IMG/VR virus record: IMGVR_UViG_3300036984_000039
Location: 32,001-96,000 of that record
Direction: 5' to 3' (one strand)
Length of the DNA stretch: 64,000 nt
Source of the DNA: a virus
Lineage: Duplodnaviria; Caudoviricetes
Of this stretch, positions 8,617 through 15,717 are shown piece by piece. A model generated the notes under the pieces. It was given only the letters and a program-made list of their open reading frames with translations. It ran no database searches and was not told the origin of the DNA. Within the stretch, counting starts at the first letter, position 1; the number at the start of each line of letters is the position of its first letter. The position numbers and the translations under genes were made by a program.

Positions 8617-8873
8617 AGCAACCTCTCCTGCACGGCAGCCCGCCGCGCCTTGTCATTTTCCTCGCGCACCAGCTTCGCGCCCAGGTGGGCGACATGGTAC
8701 GGCACTTGACGGTCATGCAATTCAATATCCGACGCCAGCACCCGATAGACCAGCCCATGCCAATTTGCAGGCACGGGCGTGTCCAATAGCCAGGTGTCGG
8801 CAAAGTCGAAGACCTGGATGGTGAACGGCCCACGCTGTTCCTCGCGAATCACGGTGACGGCGCGTGACATCAT
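8613..8873 (-). CDS. Hypothetical protein
   Basis: Fills the gap between coupled genes; RBS GGAG. Confidence 0.55.
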   Translation of the reverse strand: MMSRAVTVIREEQRGPFTIQVFDFADTWLLDTPVPANWHGLVYRVLASDIELHDRQVPYHVAHLGAKLVREENDKARRAAVQERLL

Positions 8874-8883
8874 GCGGCTCCGA

Positions 8884-9477
8884 TCACGCGTACCAACTAC
8901 AATACTCCGGGCGACCATCCCACAGGCTACAATAGCCGTACTTCATCGGGATGTTCCAGGATGTGCCATTATCACCCGGCTGGCACTGCGGGCGCTTGAC
9001 AAACGACTCGGAACTGACCAGGAAGTCATCCTTGACCGCCACGCGCGTATCACTCATGCTGCTACCCTCGCAGCTGACCGACTTGGCGGCAATCTCGCGC
9101 AGCGTCACAGTTCCCTTCGAGACAGCGACCACCTGATAGAAGTCGCAATTGGTCTGTTCCCAACCCCACGACCAGTGGAAGATGTCACCCGCCTTGAACG
9201 GGTGGCCCTCGCCGCGCGCGGCCTGCTTTGCAGCGCGATTGGTGGCCTTCATCTGTTCGACATCCCGCATACTCACGAGCCAACGATTGGCCGCCGCAAG
9301 CGCATTCGCCTCGTTGCCATATTGATAGTGCCACGCTGAGGTATTGGCTTTGCGAGCGTAGGCGATGCCGGCGTAGAGCTTGCCGAACGGATAGACGTAA
9401 ACCACAGCGAAAACATCGGCCAGGGTTACGGGCGTGCTATCCTTCGGGATGTAACGAGTCTTGGTAATGGCGCTCAT
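8884..9477 (-). CDS. Conserved phage hypothetical protein
   Basis: GDIFHWSWGWEQTNCDFYQVV motif seen in phage early proteins; RBS AGGAGG. Confidence 0.7.
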   Translation of the reverse strand: MSAITKTRYIPKDSTPVTLADVFAVVYVYPFGKLYAGIAYARKANTSAWHYQYGNEANALAAANRWLVSMRDVEQMKATNRAAKQAARGEGHPFKAGDIFHWSWGWEQTNCDFYQVVAVSKGTVTLREIAAKSVSCEGSSMSDTRVAVKDDFLVSSESFVKRPQCQPGDNGTSWNIPMKYGYCSLWDGRPEYCSWYA

Positions 9478-9479
9478 GG

Positions 9480-10112
9480 TCAATCCTCCTGGGCTGAGCT
9501 TGTGTAGCAGGCTGCGTACTCGGCCAGCGCCGCAATACGCTCCGGTGTGCTCGCGAAGCGGTAACCGATGCCATGCGAGGTGTTGGTGCTTGACCAGTTG
9601 TCGCCGTCCGCACCGTTGCCACGCACCCGCCAGATGTGTTGCTTGGTAACGCAGATCTCTTCACCGCCACCGTAGATGGTGAAACCGCTGCCGATCTTGA
9701 TCCAGCGACCGGCAAGTTGGATCGGCTTACCATCCAGCGCGAATTCGTACACGCCATCTTCAGTCTTGAAGAGGCGCTGGATAGCCCGCTGTGCATCCGT
9801 GCGTTTGGACTTGGCGGCGAACGCGGCCTGTTCGGCCTTCCATACCGGCATGTATTCTTCCACGGTTGCCACGCGGCAGATGGCGAAATACAAGTGGCCG
9901 CTGTCGTCACCGACGCCGAAAGACAGCCCGTCCTCCCGGTAGTATTCGCTCCACGCGGTACGCACCACCACGTAGCGCATGTCAGCGGGATCGAGGAAGA
10001 TCGAACCTACGGTATAAGGTTCGCCGCCGTTGCCTTCACCGCGGCAGAGCTTGCGCTCGCCAAATGCAACCGCGCGATCTGGTGTCTGCGTTCTTGCGTA
10101 CTGCGCTTTCAT
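9480..10112 (-). CDS. Hypothetical protein
   Basis: RBS GGAGG; long ORF with coding-like codon bias. Confidence 0.7.
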   Translation of the reverse strand: MKAQYARTQTPDRAVAFGERKLCRGEGNGGEPYTVGSIFLDPADMRYVVVRTAWSEYYREDGLSFGVGDDSGHLYFAICRVATVEEYMPVWKAEQAAFAAKSKRTDAQRAIQRLFKTEDGVYEFALDGKPIQLAGRWIKIGSGFTIYGGGEEICVTKQHIWRVRGNGADGDNWSSTNTSHGIGYRFASTPERIAALAEYAACYTSSAQED

Positions 10113-10188
10113 ATCTCAATCCTCCCAGGGTGGTTCGCCTCTCCGCATTCGCCGGGTTGACGGCGCTCCGCGGAGAGGCTGGCAAAAC

Positions 10189-10500
10189 TCAATCTGAGTA
10201 ATCGCGATAGTAACGTGCGGTGCCGAATGTCACCGGGCAGCCGCCGAAGCGATACGTCCCATCACTTTGACGCCAAGCAACAATTTCCTCGGTCGTGTAC
10301 GTCGCATTGGCGAACTCAGCGGGCGTGAAGCGGTGATCAAAAACCGGGAAGTCAGCATTCTTGCCCTCCGGTTTCAATCCCGCCGTGCTGACGCCTTGCA
10401 GCGTTACCTTCCGGCGCGACGGAGAGACGGCGACTACCGCAAACGGATAGCGATCGGAAGGGCAAATCAGTGTTGCGCCTTGGCCTACTTTGGGTTCCAT
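10189..10500 (-). CDS. Conserved phage hypothetical protein
   Basis: PKVGQGAT..SDRYPF motif; RBS AGGAGG. Confidence 0.7.
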   Translation of the reverse strand: MEPKVGQGATLICPSDRYPFAVVAVSPSRRKVTLQGVSTAGLKPEGKNADFPVFDHRFTPAEFANATYTTEEIVAWRQSDGTYRFGGCPVTFGTARYYRDYSD

Positions 10501-10533
10501 CGGTGCCTCCTGGTGGTCTCTAACTACATGCTT

Positions 10534-10562
10534 AGTATAGCACCGTTCACGTCGTTTGTCAA
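10534..10562 (-). promoter_or_regulatory. Sigma70-type promoter (early family, copy 3)
   Basis: TTGACA-N17-TATACT. Confidence 0.85.
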
Positions 10563-10685
10563 GCGGGTAAATGAGGTATTTTTACATGAGTTTTGAGGCT
10601 GCGGCGAGAGATTTGCCGGGCCGGAAGCGACTCGATGCTTCCACCTGCCAGGCCCGTCGTGGTGGTCGCGGTGCGTGAAACGAGG

Positions 10686-11123
10686 TCAGCCAGAATTGAG
10701 CTTGTGTACCTGGGTCGGGCGCGCCAAGTGCCAGTCGCGCCGTCGCTTGTCGTAACCCTTGCGGTAGTCAACCACGCGCGCCACGAATTCCACCACATCG
10801 CCCGGTTGCAGGTCGGCCAGCGCCAAGCCCTGCGTGAGATTGAACCACAGGTGGTCGGTGACAATCTCGCCATCCGGCAGACTGATATCGCGCAACAATA
10901 CTGTCCGCTCATGAGCGCCGCGCCAGCCGCGCTTTATCCCATAGCGCACAAAGACGCCGCGGAAGGTGCGCCGCTGTTCATCCATCGCGCGCAAGGCTAC
11001 CCGCTGGCCTTTGGGTGCAGGCGCAGCCTTCTTGACTTCGGGCGGTTGCTCTCTTAGACGCTGCTCTGCCTCCGCGAAACTGGCGAGCAATTCAGGTGAC
11101 GGTACAATAGGTTTGCGGGTCAT
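10686..11123 (-). CDS. Conserved hypothetical protein (DHLWF motif, OB-fold-like)
   Basis: TVLLRDI..VTDHLWF..LQPGDVVEFVARV..Y.KGY pattern. Confidence 0.65.
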   Translation of the reverse strand: MTRKPIVPSPELLASFAEAEQRLREQPPEVKKAAPAPKGQRVALRAMDEQRRTFRGVFVRYGIKRGWRGAHERTVLLRDISLPDGEIVTDHLWFNLTQGLALADLQPGDVVEFVARVVDYRKGYDKRRRDWHLARPTQVHKLNSG

Positions 11124-11624
11124 CCGATCAATTCCTTCCTACTGCTAGGCAATGCGGTGGTCGCGGCGCGCCTTGCGGTCGCGGCAGGTCACGCGCGCCC
11201 GTTGCTTGTCGTGCATCCCAGGTTTTGGGCACAGTGCTCCCAACGCTTAGAAAGCGGTCGTTGAGTACAACCGGCGACAGGTGTCGCAACATGCCTCTTT
11301 ACCCGCCCTGCCGAGCCGATGATTTCGCGGGAAGCGGTCTGAGTGCCGCTTGAGCATGTCCTCCGGGCTTGCGCCCACTCGTGGGAGTCACTTGGTTTTC
11401 TTGCAGGTACGAGCATCAGTCCCGTCTTACCGGGAATGCCGTTTCCGACCGCCGTGCTCGTCTGTTTGAAGCCGCACGTCTTCCAGGTTCTCCGGCTGTT
11501 TCCCGCCTGGAGGGGCAGCGGGCTGGCAATGTTATGAAGGCTGACAGGACGTGCGCCTGTGCCACATGGTAGCGGGTTCTCAGGCCCGCCATAGCGCCAG
11601 AAAGCAAAACGCCCGACCGTTAGG

Positions 11625-11858
11625 TCAGGCGTTGGGTACAACAGTAAATTCAATGCCAATGGCGTCAGCCGAAAGCGCCGCAAAGGCAGCGCGGGCCACG
11701 ACCGATGCCGCAGCCAGCCGTTCGTATTCGGCTGGCTCAAGCGCGTCGACAGCTTCGTGCAACAACAGGCCGAAGTTGTCTACGACGACGCGCAGGCTCT
11801 CCATATCAACAGCATGGCTGTCAGACAGCGTGACCCGTTTGGCGTAGAGTGGTGGCAT
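11625..11858 (-). CDS. Hypothetical protein
   Basis: ATG follows AGGAG at the end of structured leader A. Confidence 0.6.
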   Translation of the reverse strand: MPPLYAKRVTLSDSHAVDMESLRVVVDNFGLLLHEAVDALEPAEYERLAAASVVARAAFAALSADAIGIEFTVVPNA

Positions 11859-12035
11859 AAGAAAAGCTCCTGTGCATTCGTCCGGGAGACGACCTAGCCG
11901 ACAGACAGACTCGCGCCGGGTAGCGCTTGGCAATCGGTCGGCTCCCGACGAACGAACAGGAGCCTTATCTGTCTGTCTACTGCGTACTGTCCCTCGTCCT
12001 CTGCCAGTTCCCAGGCTGGCGTCGTCAGTTCAGCA
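11859..12035 (-). promoter_or_regulatory. Structured 5' leader RNA, copy A
   Basis: Shares ordered motifs and covarying stems with 41014-41186. Promoter TTGACA-N18-TAAGAT at 12072-12043. Confidence 0.7.
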
Positions 12036-12109
12036 CGTTTCTATCTTATCACAACTCGCTTGGAAATGTCAAGTACCTGCGAGGGCAAATTTTCAAACTC
12101 GTTGCCGAA

Positions 12110-12125
12110 TGTTTCACGTGAAACA
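12110..12125. promoter_or_regulatory. parS: parS site (ParB binding)
   Basis: Exact TGTTTCACGTGAAACA, inside a 22-bp perfect palindrome at 12107-12128. Confidence 0.8.
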
Positions 12126-12137
12126 TTCCAGGCGAAT

Positions 12138-12166
12138 TTGACACCCGCCGCGACCTCTGCTATACT
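12138..12166 (+). promoter_or_regulatory. Sigma70-type promoter
   Basis: TTGACA-N17-TATACT with extended TG. Confidence 0.85.
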
Positions 12167-12172
12167 CCCGTC

Positions 12173-12408
12173 TGGTTAGGTAAGCTAGTACTGGAGCAGT
12201 CGGGTCACGTTGCGATAACGTGTGAGGAGCACGGCGGCGGCGGAGTAACGGAAAGGTTACACGGCGCACCGGAAACCGAAGACCGGCAAGTCGGGAAGCA
12301 CGATCTGAGCGTGCCAGCGATATCAGACAGGCGTAAATGACGCCCTCCATCTCGCCCAACTAACACGACAACGCCGCCCAGGTTCGTCCTGGCGGCGTTG
12401 CTGTTTCT
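12173..12408 (+). ncRNA. Stand-alone structured small RNA (~200-235 nt), family unknown
   Basis: Has its own promoter and terminator, no credible plus-strand ORF, several hairpins and a closing GTTAG/CTAAC stem. Confidence 0.6.
12369..12408 (+). terminator. Intrinsic terminator, probably bidirectional
   Basis: CAACGCCGCC(C)AGG-TTCG-TCCT-GGCGGCGTTG followed by CTGTTTCT, between convergent units. Confidence 0.7.
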
Positions 12409-12413
12409 GGCGC

Positions 12414-12611
12414 TCACGGCTTCCACACGCGGATTTTCAATTCCTCTCGCGGTTCCTCCGCCTCGGCCTCCGGTGCATCCGGTCCGATCAGCGGCGCATC
12501 GTTCGGCTTCCGCAGCGACGACTCAAGGCCGTGCTCGTTGTCGATCAGCACGGCGATGATGGCCGCCACGCACAGGGCCACCGCCAGGAATTGCGCCAGC
12601 AGATTCGTCAC
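12414..12611 (-). CDS. Small membrane protein
   Basis: One N-terminal hydrophobic helix; GTGA coupling. Confidence 0.55.
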   Translation of the reverse strand: MTNLLAQFLAVALCVAAIIAVLIDNEHGLESSLRKPNDAPLIGPDAPEAEAEEPREELKIRVWKP

Positions 12612-12862
12612 TTTTTACCGGTCATCGCCACGCCGCACACGCTCGGCGGCGATGACGGGATGTTTTCCGTCAAACGAGCATATATCTCTGGCGATAGCAG
12701 GAGGTCGGCAAGCTCCCGATGCATTTCCAGCAGCTTCCCAAGATTGGCGAGCGCCGTTTGCAGATCATCGGCGGGCCGCCCTATGATGTCGTCGCCAAAT
12801 ACGGCCAGCCATCGGCCCTGCTCATTGCGCGTCAGTGTGATTAAGTAGCTCAGCGGTAGCAT
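12608..12862 (-). CDS. HicB-like small protein
   Basis: YLITLTRNEQGRWLAVF..ADDLQTALANL resembles the HicB N-terminal fold. Confidence 0.4.
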   Translation of the reverse strand: MLPLSYLITLTRNEQGRWLAVFGDDIIGRPADDLQTALANLGKLLEMHRELADLLLSPEIYARLTENIPSSPPSVCGVAMTGKK

Positions 12863-12873
12863 AGTGTCTCCGG

Positions 12874-13377
12874 TCAAGAGAAGAACTCCTTGAGCGCCTT
12901 GCCGATGCCGGACTTGCGCGTCGGCTCAGGCGCGGACTTGCGCCGCTTGCTGCGGCCCGGTTGCCGCGGCTGATCCTTCCAGGGTGTCGGCATGGGATTG
13001 AGATCGATATGTCCGATGACGCCCCCGGATGGTAACTTTTCCCCAACGTGATTACTGTCATACCAACCGTTTTGGCGCGCCGTCCCGGTCTGCCAACGCT
13101 CGGCATATTCCAGGTTCTTTGGATTGACCGGCGTGGATTCTAAACCGAACCCGGCTCGACATAATAGATACTCAGCCCATTCTGCGGCTTGATCATGCAC
13201 GGCAATGTGAATCTTATTGTATACTCCGCGCTCATCATTCTTGACCGTTCCGCCATCCCACACAATCGGATGCTTGAAGTCATAGGGCGCAAGCAGCTTA
13301 TTGTTGATGCCGCTAACGTAACTGCGCGCGGGCGCGCACAGCGGCGCGGCTATCGTGATTGTCCTGTAGCCAAACAT
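12874..13377 (-). CDS. Hypothetical protein
   Basis: ATG directly after an upstream TGA. The longer ORF-track call runs into the IS right end. Confidence 0.6.
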   Translation of the reverse strand: MFGYRTITIAAPLCAPARSYVSGINNKLLAPYDFKHPIVWDGGTVKNDERGVYNKIHIAVHDQAAEWAEYLLCRAGFGLESTPVNPKNLEYAERWQTGTARQNGWYDSNHVGEKLPSGGVIGHIDLNPMPTPWKDQPRQPGRSKRRKSAPEPTRKSGIGKALKEFFS

Positions 13378-13423
13378 CTCAGCCGACCCCAAGCAGCGCG
13401 AATGCCGTGACACTCCGCACGGA

Positions 13424-13610
13424 CTAAAGTCCGGCGGCTTCTTGGCGCACGCCCGCCCCAACTTCAGGCCACGTTATGCGCCAGGCGCGCTGTCCGCGCG
13501 CCAGCAGATTCAATGCGGCGTTCTCGTCCCGATCCATACTCAGGCCGCATTCACAACGCACCCAACGCTCTGCCAACGTTAGATGCGCAAAGATGGCCCC
13601 ACACTGCGAG
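13424..13610 (-). pseudogene. tnpB: tnpB 3' fragment (zinc finger and RuvC III) overlapping the omegaRNA
   Basis: SQCG..LTLAERWVRCECGLSMDRDENAALNLLARG..QEAAGL*. Confidence 0.9.
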
Positions 13611-13617
13611 GCGTAAC

Positions 13618-14139
13618 TCATGTTCTTCTGCTTACCAATTGGCACATCTTGATGAATTCTATTTCAGACAGGTTGCCCTTCATATTGTTTATTCGCCAAG
13701 AAACTAAAACAACATTTCCTTTTACGTATCCACACCCGGAATCTTTCCTGTCCAGGCTAACACCAGAATCTCCAGTTTCAAAAGTTAGAGGTTCCCCGGT
13801 GTAATAGCACAAGTAACTCTGCAAATCTAGTTGCGTGAGGAGATAATCTATATCAATGTCAAATATCCATCCTTCTGACTTAGAACGAGTTTTTGCAGAA
13901 TTGAGTAGGCGTAATAGGCGACCACGAAATCCACTACGGTACGCGGCATTTGATGCAGCAACGTCACAAGTTTTGCACCGACTAGACGGATTGGTAACAA
14001 GACTGCCTGGTTGCTTATGAACCTGATAGAACTGGTCAATGGGAAGGTTTTTCCCGCAACTAATACAGACCTTGTTTGTTCTATGGCGGGTTGCTTTGTG
14101 TCCTAGTTCTTGGCAAACTGAACAACGTTGCATTGACAT
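13618..14139 (-). CDS. HNH-type endonuclease occupying the deleted tnpB core
   Basis: N-terminal Cys pairs; CYYTGEPL..SLDRKDSGCGYVKGNVVLVSWRINNMKG; visibly lower GC than its flanks. Confidence 0.85.
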   Translation of the reverse strand: MSMQRCSVCQELGHKATRHRTNKVCISCGKNLPIDQFYQVHKQPGSLVTNPSSRCKTCDVAASNAAYRSGFRGRLLRLLNSAKTRSKSEGWIFDIDIDYLLTQLDLQSYLCYYTGEPLTFETGDSGVSLDRKDSGCGYVKGNVVLVSWRINNMKGNLSEIEFIKMCQLVSRRT

Positions 14140-14140
14140 G

Positions 14141-14278
14141 CTATTGCTCCGTCTCCCACGCATCCTTGCGCTCAGCCAGGCAGACGTTGTACCAGCGCCG
14201 GCACGTCTCCAGCGTCTGGTTCAACAACCGTTCCTGACTCTTGCTCGGATAGAGACGGTAGCGAAAAGTGGCAAGCAT
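14141..14278 (-). pseudogene. tnpB: tnpB 5' stub (HTH_OrfB_IS605)
   Basis: MLATFRYRLYPSKSQERLLNQTLETCRRWYNVCLAERKDAWE closely parallels the N-terminus of the intact TnpB at 33507. Confidence 0.9.
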
Positions 14279-14652
14279 TACAGGCCCTTCTGCGCGTCGA
14301 TGTACTTCTGGTCGGGTTGCATCGTGAGCCACCACCGAGGATTTGGCTTGTCTCGATTGCCTTTCGAGCCATTGCACGCAGCGCACAATGGTTGCAGGTT
14401 GCCATCTGTGTTCGTACCACCAACAGTCAACGGGGCGATGTGATCTATGCAGATGTACTCGCATGATCCACAATGGGCACATTTACCATCATGGGCCGCC
14501 AAAACGTCCAACCATCCCTGCAAGGTGATAACCTCATTGGGGCGTCCCATGTTACGAGCCCGCGCGTTTTGACTTCCGACGCGCATCGACCACATACGAC
14601 GCACTTCCCAATCTGACATACCGTCAGTCGTTCTGATGAGAAAGCTGCGCAT
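14278..14652 (-). CDS. HNH endonuclease
   Basis: CAHCG..IDHIAPLTVGGTNTDGNLQPLCAACNGSKG; RBS GGAG; TAATG coupling to the tnpB stub. Confidence 0.9.
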   Translation of the reverse strand: MRSFLIRTTDGMSDWEVRRMWSMRVGSQNARARNMGRPNEVITLQGWLDVLAAHDGKCAHCGSCEYICIDHIAPLTVGGTNTDGNLQPLCAACNGSKGNRDKPNPRWWLTMQPDQKYIDAQKGL

Positions 14653-14800
14653 TCTCCGTCTCCGTTTCCAGCCTTTCCCATTCATCTCGCGCCAGTCGTT
14701 CGATGACTGCCACCATCGACGTGTCGGTGGCGGCAGCAATGCGGCGCAGCAAACGTCTTGTCTTGAGCCAAACCTTGATTGTCGTAAATTCTTCGCTCAT
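14624..14800 (-). CDS. Ribbon-helix-helix-like regulator (leaderless)
   Basis: TTIKVWLKTRRLLRRIAAATDTSMVAVIERLA. ATG lies 7 nt after TTGACA-N17-TAGAAT (14836-14808). Confidence 0.7.
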   Translation of the reverse strand: MSEEFTTIKVWLKTRRLLRRIAAATDTSMVAVIERLARDEWERLETETENAQLSHQND

Positions 14801-14884
14801 GGTTGTAATTCTACAACGATAACAACAGGTTGTCAAGTTACGAGCGAGGCTGCAAGCACCGAGAAACCCGCCTATCCGCTCGGC

Positions 14885-15532
14885 CTAAAGGCCGGTGGCT
14901 TGCGGCGGGTTACGTCCCGTCAGTTTGATTTCCGGTTCTTTGCGCCCACAGGATAGACAAGTGTAATCGTATTCGGCCTTCAATGACTCCCATTGCGCAA
15001 TCGAGTAGTGCTCTCCTGCCTGTTCAATGCGAAGTCTGCGCTTATGCGTTTCGCGATTTCGTATCATTTTGCCGCGTTCTGGATTTTTCTTGTACCAGTT
15101 ACGGACGCTGGTGAGATTGCGTTCTGGATGGGCTGCCCTCCAACGTCTATTGCGCTCATTTGCCTCATCGCGGTGAGCACGCGCATATTCTTTCTTGTAA
15201 GCCCGAATATCATCTCGGTGAGCAGAATGCCACGCCTTAATCTTCTCGTCTTGTTCTGCCCGGTGAGCCAAGCGCCATACCTTGCGAGCCGCGACGCTTC
15301 TTTCCGTATTGGCTTGATGCCAAGCCTTGCTCTGAGCACAAATCTGTTCGCTATGCTTGGCATAGTAGGCTTTCCTTCTGGCCTTGATTTTATCAGGATG
15401 TGCTTTTCTGTAGGCTGCATCCGCAATGGCGACACACGCCTTACAACGATATTCAAGTCCATCCTTGCTACGTGACCGTTTTCTGAATTCAGATTCTAGT
15501 TTTTCGGAATGGCAAACGGAGCAGGTTTTCAT
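14885..15532 (-). pseudogene. HNH endonuclease truncated just before its DH motif by the IS left end
   Basis: CSVC..CKAC, basic helical repeats, then WESLKAEYDYTCLSCGRKEPEIKLT followed by IS-end sequence. Confidence 0.8.
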
Positions 15533-15678
15533 ACGACTTCCTCCCGTTTGGCCTTCTCTCGGATAGCGATCTCAATAATGGCCGCCATCGATACACCGGT
15601 CTTTTGCGCCAGCAATTTGAGCAGCCGCTTGGCCTCTGGCGTGAGGCGCAAGCTTGTGGACTTGGCTTCTTTTACCAT
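15529..15678 (-). CDS. Ribbon-helix-helix-like regulator (49 aa, not in ORF track)
   Basis: MVKEAKSTSLRLTPEAKRLLKLLAQKTGVSMAAIIEIAIREKAKREEVV; ATGA coupling to the HNH gene; promoter TTGACG-N17-TACAAT containing the inverted repeat ACGCATA..TATGCGT. Confidence 0.8.
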   Translation of the reverse strand: MVKEAKSTSLRLTPEAKRLLKLLAQKTGVSMAAIIEIAIREKAKREEVV

Positions 15679-15717
15679 AACGCTATTGTAACGCATATTG
15701 CGCTATGCGTCAATTCC

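Larger units (their letters stand above)
13407..14913 (-). mobile_element. IS200/IS605 derivative: LE - RHH - HNH - tnpB stub - HNH - tnpB tail - RE
   Basis: Left-end-like hairpin GTAACCCGCCGCAAGCCACCGGCCTTTAGGCCGAGCGGATAGGCGGG (14913-14867). Right end GAAGCCGCCGGACTTTAGTCCGTGCGGAGTGTCAC ends at 13407. Confidence 0.75.

Noticed and set aside
12173-12365. RNase P RNA
   Set aside because: The universal P4 sequences are absent; kept only as an unclassified sRNA.
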